64,000 bases of DNA from contig CAWFPK010000020.1 in the NCBI GenBank assembly GCA_963817625.1, forward strand, positions 40,185 through 104,184, in the 5' to 3' direction. The notes beneath the pieces are model-generated. The model was not told the DNA's origin, made no database searches, and saw only the letters and a program-made list of their open reading frames with translations. Below are positions 37,577 to 47,026 of this stretch, in pieces (the stretch's first letter is position 1; each line of letters opens with the position of its first letter). Origin of the DNA: an uncultured Actinomycetota bacterium (GTDB taxonomy: Bacteria; Actinomycetota; Actinomycetes; Streptosporangiales; Streptosporangiaceae). Both the position numbers and the translations under genes were made by a program.

Positions 37577-38143
37577 CTATGAGGTCATCCCGCCGAGGCC
37601 GACTAGACCTCTGGCCAGCTCGATCTCGCCTAGATGGCGCAGTCCGTGCTGGTAGAGCCAGCATTCGAAGCCGTCGAGCACGGTGATGCCGGCCGGCCCG
37701 GCGCAGCGGGCGCTGTAGGTGTCGGCGACGACTGGCGGGAAGGGCCTGGTGATGATCACCGGAGTGAGAGCGGCCACTTCGATCGTGTCCAGGTGGGCTT
37801 CGGTGCGGTCGAAGACCTCGCGCTGATAGTCGATGAACGCCTGGTAGTCGCCAATCTGCTGCCGCTCCATCTCCGCTACGGTGCGTTCTTTGCCGTGGTC
37901 AGGTACCGCCATCTGGACCCGGTCCTGCCACTGGTCGGTCCAGATCGGCGGCTGGCCGGTCAGGAACAGAAAGCTGGCATCTTCCATGTTGGTGTAGTGA
38001 AACAAGGAGAAGGCGATCGGCAGGACACCAGGCCGTTCCAGATGGTTGACGTGATCCACGGTCATCGTGCTGACCGCCTGGTAGTACAGCGAGTGCATGG
38101 TTCGCATGCGGCGCTGAAGCGAGTCGAGCAGCAGGTCGGTCAT
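37577..38143 (-). CDS. DinB-family four-helix-bundle protein
   Basis: 188 aa. The helical protein has spaced His residues (HSLYY, HVNH, HLGE). The family call is tentative. Confidence 0.45.
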   Translation of the reverse strand: MTDLLLDSLQRRMRTMHSLYYQAVSTMTVDHVNHLERPGVLPIAFSLFHYTNMEDASFLFLTGQPPIWTDQWQDRVQMAVPDHGKERTVAEMERQQIGDYQAFIDYQREVFDRTEAHLDTIEVAALTPVIITRPFPPVVADTYSARCAGPAGITVLDGFECWLYQHGLRHLGEIELARGLVGLGGMTS

Positions 38144-38248
38144 GGCAGCAACTGTAGACCGAAATGCGCAGGGTTCTTGTCCAGGCCGACGGCGCGGGCC
38201 GAGGCTACGTACTGCAGGTCATGGTGCGGATTCGCGTCGGCGTCAGCA

Positions 38249-38899
38249 CTAACCACGGGTGAAGTTTGCCACCGCCGCCTGCCAGTCGATCACCACGTTC
38301 TCCCTGATGGTGTTCGGCAGGAACTTGCCAGGCACCTTGGATCCTGGAAAGACCAGCGGCAAGCCCTCAGGCGGCACTGGGTTGCCGACCTGGATCTGGT
38401 ACGGGGCCTCGCCTGGCGCCATGATCGTCAGCGTGAACGCGTACATGTCGTAGCCGGAGATCGAGCTCTTAACTCCGAGCGGCTGGGACGCGATGATCAC
38501 CACCTCGCACGCGGTGCCGCGGTCCAGGATGTCCTGGGCGGTGATCTTGCCTGCCGTCTGCGCCAGCCTGACCGTCGGCGGCTCGGTGCTGAAGTCGATG
38601 CCCACCCGTGAGTGGTCGCTCGGGTCCACCCTGACGGTGACGACGGTACGTCCAGGCTGAATGTCGGAGATCGCGTACACCGGGACGCGCTTGCGCACCT
38701 GAGCCTGGAACGGCGGGGTGTCGTCCAAGTAGACGACCAGGTCGAACAGGCATAGCTGCTCGGGCGGCGCGCCACCGTGCTGCACCGAGGTGCCGGTGAT
38801 CTGGACGTTCATTACCTCGGCTCGGCCAAGCTGGCCCATCAGCATCAGCTGCTGGTCATCGCCGCCTATCGCGGTCTTCATCTTGTTAAGAAAGCCCAT
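38249..38899 (-). CDS. hypothetical protein
   Basis: 216-aa ORF with good coding appearance in the high-GC background. No recognisable motif and no TM segment. Confidence 0.5.
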   Translation of the reverse strand: MGFLNKMKTAIGGDDQQLMLMGQLGRAEVMNVQITGTSVQHGGAPPEQLCLFDLVVYLDDTPPFQAQVRKRVPVYAISDIQPGRTVVTVRVDPSDHSRVGIDFSTEPPTVRLAQTAGKITAQDILDRGTACEVVIIASQPLGVKSSISGYDMYAFTLTIMAPGEAPYQIQVGNPVPPEGLPLVFPGSKVPGKFLPNTIRENVVIDWQAAVANFTRG

Positions 38900-38999
38900 T
38901 GCCTGGTGCCCCTTTCGCTAGCTGCCACGATCAGGCTATGTGCACATTTCCGCAGCTAACTGGGTATCGGGGTCTCTAATCAGTCTCGCCTGAGTCCGC

Positions 39000-39479
39000 T
39001 CACGGAGGTGAGATGTGCGGCGGCTTGCCGTTGCCGAAGGCCCAGCCTTCGACCCAGCCAGCCTTGGGGTGATAGCTGCTTGCGCCGACCTTGCTGTAGG
39101 TCCACTTACCGTGCGGCTTAGCGTGCCAGTAGGACCAGTAGGCCGAGGCCGGAGCGCCATTGCAGCTGTTGGGCCGGTGGTCGATCGTGCAGATGAAGCC
39201 GGGCAACCTGGGCACGAACGTGTACCTGAAGCCAGCCGCTTTCAACGCGGCCAGCCCGGTGGCCGGCTTCTTGCGATCACAGCCGAGCTTGACCGAGCCG
39301 TGGAACGCCTTGAAGTCGACTACGACCGTGACCCCCGTCTTGCCCGTGCACGCGGCCGCATAGGCCGGCGTTGCTCGGGCCACCCCCGCTGCCAGCGCGG
39401 CCGCCAGCAGCACCGAGATCACGATCATGGACAACCCCGTCCGACCAGCGAGCGGCCGGGCCAGCACCCGGGCGGTCAT
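39000..39479 (-). CDS. secreted DUF4430-like (transcobalamin C-terminal-domain-like) protein
   Basis: 159 aa with a signal peptide (LSMIVISVLLAAALAAGVARATPAYA). It is a paralogue of the 42227..42928 N-terminal domain (VVVDFK..G...L.C......GL.AL...G...........GFIC.I.........YW.YW.......W.YS..GA..Y.P..G..EGWAFG). Confidence 0.6.
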   Translation of the reverse strand: MTARVLARPLAGRTGLSMIVISVLLAAALAAGVARATPAYAAACTGKTGVTVVVDFKAFHGSVKLGCDRKKPATGLAALKAAGFRYTFVPRLPGFICTIDHRPNSCNGAPASAYWSYWHAKPHGKWTYSKVGASSYHPKAGWVEGWAFGNGKPPHISPP

Positions 39480-40528
39480 GCCGCGCAGCCCAGGTGCGGA
39501 GCGCCATCGCGGGCGCCGTGCGCGCTCAGCTTGGCCAAGCTGACGTCGGCGACCCCGAGCAATCCTTGGGCGGTCGCGTCGTCGGCTGTGCTGGCGAGAA
39601 ATCCGGTCTTGTCGAAGGCGATGGCGCCGACCTGGCTAGCCTTGCCCGAGCAGCCAACTTGCAGGCTCAGCAAGAACTTGGCGGCGCGAGCGGCCCGCCT
39701 GGTCCAGCCGGCCGCAGCGAAGGCTTGGCCGGCCAGCCCGGTGCTGTTCGCGTTCGGTGCGGCGCTCGCCGATGCGGCGAAGCCGCCGTTCGCGCGCTGC
39801 GCCTTCGCCAGCCAGCGCAGCCCGCGCGTGGCCGCGCCGGTGCGGCCGGCCACCAGCAGCGCTTGCACCGCCATGCCGGTCGCGTCAGCGTCGCTCGTAC
39901 AGGTCTTGTGCCCGAAGTACAGCGGGAAGCCGCCGTTCTCGCACTCGGTGCCGACCAGGTAGCTGACCGCCGAGGCTGGTGCCTGGCCCGACCGGGCCAC
40001 CGCAATGATCGCCAGCGCCTGGCTGAAGGCGTTGCTGTAATCACCGAACGACGAATGGTCAGAGTAACGGCCAGACTTGGTGAGCAGGTTGGCCAGCCGG
40101 GCGAGCAGGTTAACGCCGCCGAATTTGGCCGGGTTCAGCCCCCTGACCTCCGCGGCCAGCGCCACCTTGGCGGTTGCTCCGGCGTAGGAAGAGCTGGTGC
40201 CGTCGCCGATGTAGTTCGACAGCACCTTCGGCTGCTCAAGCCAAGTGGTAGCACGGGTGGCGTAGTCGTTGGCGGTGCGGGTCGCGGCAAAGGCGAGAAT
40301 CGCGTCAATGGTCTCGCCCTGGTTCGGGTAATCGACGCCTTTGTAGCTGGTGGTGAAATGGCTCCGGCCGGTGAGTTCGCGAGCGAGCCAGCCTGCCGCG
40401 GCCTGACCTCTGGTCGGAGCGGGCACCGGGGTGGCGGCGCTGGCCGCTGCGGCAGGTACGCCAAGGACCGCCGCAGCGATGGTGGCGGCGAGCGGGACAA
40501 TAAGAACGAAAGCTGGGCACCGGGTCAT
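39476..40528 (-). CDS. secreted prenyltransferase/squalene-oxidase-repeat (alpha/alpha-toroid) protein
   Basis: 350 aa with a signal peptide. Repeated QW-like motifs (YLVGTECENGGF, WLAKAQRANGGF, FLLSLQ). Paralogue of 41031..42230. Confidence 0.7.
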   Translation of the reverse strand: MTRCPAFVLIVPLAATIAAAVLGVPAAAASAATPVPAPTRGQAAAGWLARELTGRSHFTTSYKGVDYPNQGETIDAILAFAATRTANDYATRATTWLEQPKVLSNYIGDGTSSSYAGATAKVALAAEVRGLNPAKFGGVNLLARLANLLTKSGRYSDHSSFGDYSNAFSQALAIIAVARSGQAPASAVSYLVGTECENGGFPLYFGHKTCTSDADATGMAVQALLVAGRTGAATRGLRWLAKAQRANGGFAASASAAPNANSTGLAGQAFAAAGWTRRAARAAKFLLSLQVGCSGKASQVGAIAFDKTGFLASTADDATAQGLLGVADVSLAKLSAHGARDGAPHLGCAA

Positions 40529-40599
40529 TCCATTGGCCCCTTTCCGGTCCGGTTTTCCGGGACCGGACCCGCGGGGAGCCCAGACTCCGGCCCGCGGAC

Positions 40600-40750
40600 C
40601 ACGACGGGTGGGGAGTGCGTCGCGACGATCGTGGGTAACCGGGCTCGCCGACCTCGATGGGCCGTTTTACCGTTGCGGGTCAGCGCCGGGATCTCACCGG
40701 ACTTCCCCCACCAAGTCGCCTGTTGAGTTGTACTTGCTCATGCCAGACGT
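40600..40750 (-). promoter_or_regulatory. cobalamin riboswitch (minus strand)
   Basis: The reverse complement reads GGTGGGGGAAGTCCGGTGAGATCCCGGCGCTGACCCGCAACGGTAAAACGG...GGCGAGCCCGGTTACCC, which gives the conserved core (GGGAAg.CCGGTGaGAtCCGG.GC.GaCCCGCaAC.GT) plus a B12-box-like element. A TTGACA-N17-GACAGT promoter-like pair lies at 40780-40752, and an RBS-sequestering hairpin precedes ATG 40528. Confidence 0.75.
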
Positions 40751-40796
40751 TACTGTCTCCCACCGTCGCGGCGCTGTCAACACCTGCGTTGACCCT

Positions 40797-40960
40797 GCCA
40801 GTGCCGGTGTGATCAGATGGGGCGTCAATGTAGTCAGGGGAAGCCGGTCAGATTCCGGCACTGGCCCGCAGCCGTGGGTCCGCACGTCGTGCGGGCGAGT
40901 CGGAGCACCTGGCGTGACAGCAATAGTCGTCTTAGCGTCGTCGCGGACCACGGCGCGGAA
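40797..40960 (+). promoter_or_regulatory. cobalamin riboswitch (plus strand)
   Basis: GCCAG...AGGGGAAGCCGGTCAGATTCCGGCACTGGCCCGCAGCCGTGGG...GAGTCGGAGCACCTGGC. The conserved core and B12 box are present, and P1 can close as GCCAG (40797)/CTGGC (40909). It lies 70-230 nt upstream of ATG 41031. Confidence 0.75.
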
Positions 40961-41030
40961 CGTTCAGGTTTCCCGAAGGGCCGGGCGGATCTGAGGTTTC
41001 GCTACGCGGGGCCGCCCCTACGGGAGAGTC

Positions 41031-42230
41031 ATGCCGCTCGCACTGGCCAGTCGGCAGGCTGCCCGTTGCCTGGCCGTCGCCGCCACCGCGCTGGTGCTAG
41101 CGACCTGGGCCGCGCTGCCGCCCGCGCACGCGGCCGGCCCAGTTCGGCCTAACCTGGTCGCCGGGACCGCCTACCTGGTCAAGCCCGGCAATCTGATCGA
41201 CCGCCATTTCTACGAGTCCTTCCCGCACACCGCCGACTTCGGTCTCACCATTGACGCCGCGCTCGCCCTCGCCGCGACCGATGACAACAAGGCAATTCTG
41301 GAAAAAATCGTCGACTTCATCGCCCATGACGGTCGGGATCCGGCTGGTAAGACGGTGAATTACTGGACCGGGATCGGCACCGCGTACGCAGCCGGCGGTG
41401 CCATGGGCAAGGAGGCGCTGCTGGCCGAAGTCGTGGGCGCTAACCCGCGCGACTTCGGCGGGCACAATCTGATCGCCGCGTTGGCTGGGTCGGTCTGCCG
41501 GGCCGCGTCGCCCGGCTCATCAGGTCCGTGCGCCGGGCCGGGTAACTACCGCAACGCCACCTCGGTATTCGATCAGGCCTACGGCATCTTGGCCCAGCTT
41601 CGCGCCGGTCAGGCGAGGCAGGCCGCCGCGCCGATCGCCTTCCTTGAAGGCCTGCGAAATTCGGACGGCTCGTTTCCCAGCCTGATCCCTGACAGCCACG
41701 ATCACGACGTGGACAGCACCGCGATGGCAGTGATGGCACTGGCGCTGGTGCCGACCGCGCGGGCGCGGGCCGACGTCGCGGCCGGGCAGGCCTGGATCGC
41801 GAGCCGTCAGCAAGCTTCCGGCGGATTCCTTGGCAGCGGCGGAGTGTCGATCAACTCGACTGGGCTGGCCATCCAGGCGCTTTCGTTGCTGGCGGCTCGC
41901 TACCTGGCGCCGATCGGGCGGGCCGAGGCTTTCCTCGCCACCGCGCAGAACGTCGACGGCGGCTTCAGCGCCTATGCGGGCCAGCGCGACTCCAATGTGC
42001 GGGCGAGCACGCAGGCGCTGAGTGGCGCGGTCGGCATCTCGTTCGGCACCATGCGCCGCGTACTCACGCCCACTGCGACCAGGGACCATGGCGGCCGGGC
42101 CGGCGGCTGGCTGGCGATCGGCGTGCTGCTGATCGCGGCGATGACGGCCCTGGCGTTCGCGCTGCGCCGTCGTCGGCGAACCGAGCCTGGTCAGAACGTC
42201 CGCACGGTACGTGACCGGGTCGAACCATGA
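41031..42230 (+). CDS. membrane-anchored prenyltransferase/squalene-oxidase-repeat (alpha/alpha-toroid) protein
   Basis: 399 aa with a signal peptide. QW-like repeats AFLEGLRNSDGSF, AWIASRQQASGGF, AFLATAQNVDGGF. C-terminal TM segment plus RRRRR stop-transfer (GWLAIGVLLIAAMTALAFALRRRRR). Confidence 0.75.
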   Translation: MPLALASRQAARCLAVAATALVLATWAALPPAHAAGPVRPNLVAGTAYLVKPGNLIDRHFYESFPHTADFGLTIDAALALAATDDNKAILEKIVDFIAHDGRDPAGKTVNYWTGIGTAYAAGGAMGKEALLAEVVGANPRDFGGHNLIAALAGSVCRAASPGSSGPCAGPGNYRNATSVFDQAYGILAQLRAGQARQAAAPIAFLEGLRNSDGSFPSLIPDSHDHDVDSTAMAVMALALVPTARARADVAAGQAWIASRQQASGGFLGSGGVSINSTGLAIQALSLLAARYLAPIGRAEAFLATAQNVDGGFSAYAGQRDSNVRASTQALSGAVGISFGTMRRVLTPTATRDHGGRAGGWLAIGVLLIAAMTALAFALRRRRRTEPGQNVRTVRDRVEP

Positions 42231-42928
42231 GCCGCCTGGCCGTGGCCGGCCTCGCTGCGGCCTGCTGCCTGTGGGTCGCGCTCGGCAGCGCCTGGCCAGC
42301 CGTGGCGGCGGCTCGCCCGGTCGGCGATTGCACGACCACGACGGGTGCGACGCTCATTGTCGACTTCAAGCCGTGGGGCGGCCCGGTCCTGCGCGCTTGC
42401 GGCAGCACGCCGACTACTGGCTGGAGGCTGCTCAACCAGGGTGGCTGGGCTACCGCAGGCGATGCCCACGATGGCCCTGGCTTTATCTGCCGGATCAGCT
42501 ATGCGGGCTTCAGGCACGGCGCCTTCTACCCGACGGCCGCGAAGCAGGCGTGCGTTGACACCCCGCCTGGCAATGCGTACTGGGCTTACTGGATGGCCGG
42601 GCCTGGCCAGAACACCTGGCACTACAGCCAGGAAGGGGCCGCCAGCTATCACCCGCAGCCCGGCAGCATTAGCTTGTGGGCATTCGGCGGTACTAGCATC
42701 ACCGGGACCTCGGGCAGTGCCAGGCCGAAAGTGAGCCCGGATGAGTTGCGCCGCGAGGTCGCGGCGGCCAGCCCGGCGCTGACGAGCGCACCGCCGGCCG
42801 CGCCGCCGGCCGGGAACGGCGGATCGGCCGGGCCGACAGTGCTGGTGCTCCTGGTGGTGGCCATGCTGGCGGTGGCCGCAGCCGCCGGGACGTGGCGGCG
42901 CCGGACGCGGGCCCGGGCGCTCGGGTGA
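42227..42928 (+). CDS. membrane-anchored DUF4430-like protein
   Basis: 233 aa. Signal peptide, a domain paralogous to 39000..39479, a Pro/Ala linker and a C-terminal TM anchor (PTVLVLLVVAMLAVAAAAGTWRRRTR). ATGA overlap with the upstream gene. Confidence 0.65.
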   Translation: MSRLAVAGLAAACCLWVALGSAWPAVAAARPVGDCTTTTGATLIVDFKPWGGPVLRACGSTPTTGWRLLNQGGWATAGDAHDGPGFICRISYAGFRHGAFYPTAAKQACVDTPPGNAYWAYWMAGPGQNTWHYSQEGAASYHPQPGSISLWAFGGTSITGTSGSARPKVSPDELRREVAAASPALTSAPPAAPPAGNGGSAGPTVLVLLVVAMLAVAAAAGTWRRRTRARALG

Positions 42929-44088
42929 ACGGCCGGCTGCCTCGGGCGCTGCACCCGGTGGCCTGGTGGGCCTGGGCGACTGGCCTCGCCACGGCGGCCA
43001 GCCGGACGAGCAACCCGTTGCTGCTGGTGCTGATCTTCGCGGTGCTCGGGCTAGTCGTCGCCCTGCGCCGGTCGCAGGCACCGTGGGCACGCGGATATCG
43101 CTTCTACCTTCTGATGGCCGGCCTCGTGGTCGGCATCAGAGTGGCCTTCAGCATCGTGTTCGCCAGTGACGGCACAGCCGGCCAAGACATTTTGTTTCGG
43201 CTCCCGGTCTTTCCGATGCCCAGCTGGTTCGCGGGAGTTCACGTTGGCGGGCCAGTCACGGCGGCGGCGATGCTGTCATCGGCAGTCGACGGGATTCGGC
43301 TGGCGTGCCTGTTGTGCTGCATCGGTGCCGCGAATACGCTGGCGAACCCCAAGCGGGCGCTGCGCGCACTGCCCGGTGCGCTCTATGAGCTAGGCGTCGC
43401 GGTCACGGTCGCGCTTTCGGTCGCGCCGCAGCTGGTGGAGAGCGCCGTCCGGGTGCGGGCCGCGCGGCGGCTTCGCGGCGAGACCGGCCGGCGGTTCTGG
43501 GCGCTGCGTACCATCGCTATCCCGGTGCTGCAAGATGCGCTTGACCGGTCCTTGTGGCTGGCGGCCGCGATGGACGCGCGCGGGTACGGGCGCACGGCTG
43601 GTGCGAGTCGGACGAGCCGTCGGCTCACCAGCGCCTGCCTGCTCACTGGACTGGCCGCGTTGTGCCTCGGCGGCTACGGGCTGCTTGATCCGACGGTGCC
43701 GCAGGGGGTCGGGGCTGGCGGCTTCATCGCCGGGGCGGCGCTGAGCGTGGCCGGGCTCGCGCTCGGCGGCCGGCGGGTGTCGCGCAGCCGGTACCAGCCT
43801 GATCCTTGGCGCTGGCCGGAATGGGTGGTGGCCGGCTCCGGGCTCGGCTGCGCGGTCGTGCTGTGCGTCAACCTAGGCTACGGCCCGGCGTCGCTGAACC
43901 CGGCTTTTTATCCGCTGCACTGGCCCACCCTGCCCTTGCTGCCGGCGCTGGCGATCCTGGTGACCGCCGTGGCAGCGGTCGCCGCGCCGCCGGTCGCGGT
44001 TGCTGGTCCGGTGCCTGCTCCTGCGCCTGAAGTAGTAGCGATGGGGGTGGCCAGTGATCGAGTTCGACCGGATGGGCTTGCGGTATGA
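42925..44088 (+). CDS. ECF transporter T component (CbiQ family)
   Basis: ORF 42892..44088. GTG at 42925 gives a GTGA overlap with the upstream stop. Polytopic, with the EcfT coupling motif AAAMDARGYG. Confidence 0.75.
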   Translation: MNGRLPRALHPVAWWAWATGLATAASRTSNPLLLVLIFAVLGLVVALRRSQAPWARGYRFYLLMAGLVVGIRVAFSIVFASDGTAGQDILFRLPVFPMPSWFAGVHVGGPVTAAAMLSSAVDGIRLACLLCCIGAANTLANPKRALRALPGALYELGVAVTVALSVAPQLVESAVRVRAARRLRGETGRRFWALRTIAIPVLQDALDRSLWLAAAMDARGYGRTAGASRTSRRLTSACLLTGLAALCLGGYGLLDPTVPQGVGAGGFIAGAALSVAGLALGGRRVSRSRYQPDPWRWPEWVVAGSGLGCAVVLCVNLGYGPASLNPAFYPLHWPTLPLLPALAILVTAVAAVAAPPVAVAGPVPAPAPEVVAMGVASDRVRPDGLAV

Positions 44089-45676
44089 CGACGCGACCAG
44101 GCCGGTGCTGACCGACATCAGCCTGCGGATCGATGAAGGCGAGTTGTGCCTGGTGGTCGGGCCGACCGGCAGCGGCAAGTCGACGCTGCTCGGTGCCATC
44201 AACGGGCTGGTGCCGCATTTCACCGGTGGCACGCTGACCGGGCGGGTGCGGGTCGCTGGCCGGGACACGGCCAAGTTCCCGCCCCGCGAGCTGGCCGACG
44301 TGGTCGGCGTGGTCGGCCAAGATCCGCTGGCCGGGTTCGTCACCGACACGGTCACGAGGAGCTCGCCTACACGATGGAGCAGCTGGCCGTCGATCCCGGC
44401 GCGATGCGCGCCCGGGTGCGAGGAGACGCTCGACCTGCTCGGCATCGCCGAGCTGCGGCACCGGGCCTTCGCGCACGCTGTCGGGTGGCCAGCAGCAGCG
44501 GGTCGCCATCGGCGCGGTGCTGACCGCGCATCCGGCGGTGCTCGTGCTTGACGAGCCGACCTCGGCGCTCGACCCGACCAGCGCAGAGGAGGTGCTGGCG
44601 GCGATCACCCGGCTGGTGCACGACCTCGGCATCACGGTTGTGCTGGCCGAGCACCGGCTGGAGCGAGTGGTGCCCTACGCGGATCGGCTGGTGTATCTGG
44701 CCGGAGACGGGACGGCCGTGGCTGGCGAGCCGGCCACGGTGCTTGCCGCGGCGACGATCTGCCCGCCGGTGGTGGAGCTCGGCAAGCTGGCCGGCTGGAA
44801 GCCGCTGCCGCTGTCGGTGCGCGATGCCCGGCGGCGTGCGCCTGAGCTGCGGCGGGCGTTGCCGCAGCAGCCGCCTGCCGGGGCAGCACGGCCAGTGCGG
44901 GAGGCAACCGCGCTCACCGCGCGGGGGATCGTGGTGCGCTACGGATCAGTTGTCGCGGTGCGCGGGGTCGGGTTGACGTTGCGGGCGGGCGAGATTACCG
45001 CTCTGATGGGGCGGAACGGCTCTGGGAAGTCGTCGCTGCTGTGGGCGCTGCAAGGATCTGGGCGGCGAGCTGGCGGCACGGTGGCGGTTGGCCCGTTGGC
45101 TGCGGACCCCGGGAAGCAGTCGGCGGCCGCGGCCAGGCGGCTGGTCGGCCTGGTCCCGCAGACGGCGGCTGACCTGCTGTATCTCGACACGGTGCGGGCT
45201 GAGCTCGGGCACGCTGACCGGGACGCCGGGCGGGGCCGGCGGGGCCGCGCTTGCCCTACTCCATGCGATCGCGCCCGGGATTGAATTGGATAGTCATCCT
45301 CGAGATCTGTCCGAGGGCCAACAACTCGCCCTTGTGCTGGCAATCCAGCTGGCGGCCGGCCCGGCGGTGCTCGCTGCTCGATGAGCCGACGCGCGGACTT
45401 GACTATCCAGCCAAGGCGGCGCTGACCAGGGCGCTCGACCAGCTCGCCCGGCGTGGGCACGCGATCGTGATCGCGACCCACGACGTCGAGTTCGCCACCC
45501 GCAGCCGCGATCGGGTCATCGTGATGGCCGAAGGCGAGATCGTGGCCGACGGCGAGGCCGCGACCGTGCTGACCGCATCGCCGACCTTCGCGCCGCAGGT
45601 GGCCAAGGTGCTGGCGCCGCTGCCGTACCTGACCATGGACCAGGTGGCGGCCGCACTTGGACGGGTGCGGGCGTGA
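44054..45676 (+). pseudogene. ECF transporter fused double ATPase (EcfA-EcfA'), about 5 frame breaks
   Basis: Two ABC cassettes (GPTGSGKST/LSGGQQQR/VLVLDEP and GRNGSGKSS/LSEGQQ/LLDEPTRGLD) are spread over ORFs 44054, 44146, 44517, 45088 and 45251. Breaks lie near 44350, 44419, 44470, 45235 and 45372. Confidence 0.8.
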
Positions 45677-46549
45677 CGCGCTGGCGGGCCGACGGTCTTG
45701 CGGTCGCGATCCGGGTGCGGCGGCGGTCGGTGCTGGCGATCGGGCTGGCGTCATTTCTCGGGTTGATCGCGTTTTGCTGGCCGCTTGTGATCGCGCCAAG
45801 CTCGGCGGCCTCGGCCGACACCTGCGCCGCTGATGTTCGGCGTGCTGCTGCTCGGCGTCGTTGCCGTAGTGTTCGCCGAGCTCGCCGACGGCGGCATCGA
45901 CGCCAAGGCTATCGCCATGCTCGGCGTGCTGGCCGCGATCAACGCGGCGATCCGGCCGCTTGGCGGCGGCACGGCCGGGGTCGAGACAGTGTTCTTCCTG
46001 CTGGTGCTGGCTGGGCGAGTGTTCGGTGCGGGATTCGGGTTCGCGCTCGGCTGCACGTCCCTGTTCGCGTCGGCCTTGCTGACCGGCGGCGTCGGCCCGT
46101 GGATGCCCTACCAGATGTTCGGCTGCGCCTGGATCGGCATGCTGGCGGGCCTGCTGCCGCCGCTGCGCGGCAAGCTCGAAGTGCTCATGCTCGCGGCGTA
46201 CGGGGCGGTGAGCGGGTACCTGTTCGGGTTGCTGCTCAACTTGAGCTTCTGGCCATTCTCCGTCGACCAGTCGAGCTCGATCGCCTACCGGCCAGGACTG
46301 GCGTTCGCTGATCAGCTCCACCGGTACCTGCTGTTTGACGCGAGCACGTCGCTGGGCTGGGACACCGGTCGGGCCATCACGACCGCACTGGCCATCATGA
46401 TCATCGGGCCGTCGGCGCTGAGCGCCTTCCGCCGAGCCGCCCGTCGCGCCAACTTCCAGCCCACCGTGGCGTTCGAGCCGGCCCTGACGGCTAGCTCAAC
46501 GGCCGTGGCGGTGCGGTCGGGGGATGGCGGCGTCTCGGTCGGTGATTAG
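45673..46549 (+). pseudogene. ECF-type substrate-capture (S) membrane protein, one frame break
   Basis: The N-terminus in ORF 45673 (…SVLAIGLASFLGLIAFCWPLVIAPSSAASAD) continues in ORF 45833 (PAPLMFGVLLLGVVAVVFAEL...). One extra nt near 45820. GTGA overlap with the ATPase gene. Confidence 0.65.
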
Positions 46550-47026
46550 CTTTTCCAGGTGGGTCAAGCGGTCGTCAAGGTCATGGGTGGTGACCACGTC
46601 GGCGAGGGCAAGCCGGACGGCCGCCATTTCCCTGGCCAGGAACTCGGCGTCGTCCTGGGTGCGGGCAGTCACCTGCCGGTCCCGTTCGATGCTGGCCCGA
46701 TCGCGTTCATCTTGGCGGTTCTGGGCGAGCAGGATCAGCGGGGCGGCGTAGGCCGCCTGGGTGGAAAAAGCCAGATTCAGCAAGATGAACGGGTATGGGT
46801 CCCAGTGTCGGACGATGCCGACCGTGTTCAGCGCGATCCACACGATGACGAACACGGTCTGACCGACCAGGTAGCGCCCGGTGCCTAGGAATCGGGCGAT
46901 GCCCTCGGACATCCGGCCGAAGAAGTCGGCGTCGTACCTGGCGCTGATCCGAGGCGCCGAGCCCCGGGGCGCGGTGAGATCGCCGCCGTCGGTGAGCCGG
47001 TGGGGTGGGACAAATTGCATTCTCAT
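46496..47026 (-). CDS. DUF1003 membrane protein
   Basis: ORF 46496..47119, ATG at 47026 with an ATGA overlap to the upstream gene. DPYPFILLNLAFSTQAAYAAPLILLAQNRQ signature. Confidence 0.75.
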   Translation of the reverse strand: MRMQFVPPHRLTDGGDLTAPRGSAPRISARYDADFFGRMSEGIARFLGTGRYLVGQTVFVIVWIALNTVGIVRHWDPYPFILLNLAFSTQAAYAAPLILLAQNRQDERDRASIERDRQVTARTQDDAEFLAREMAAVRLALADVVTTHDLDDRLTHLEKLITDRDAAIPRPHRHGR

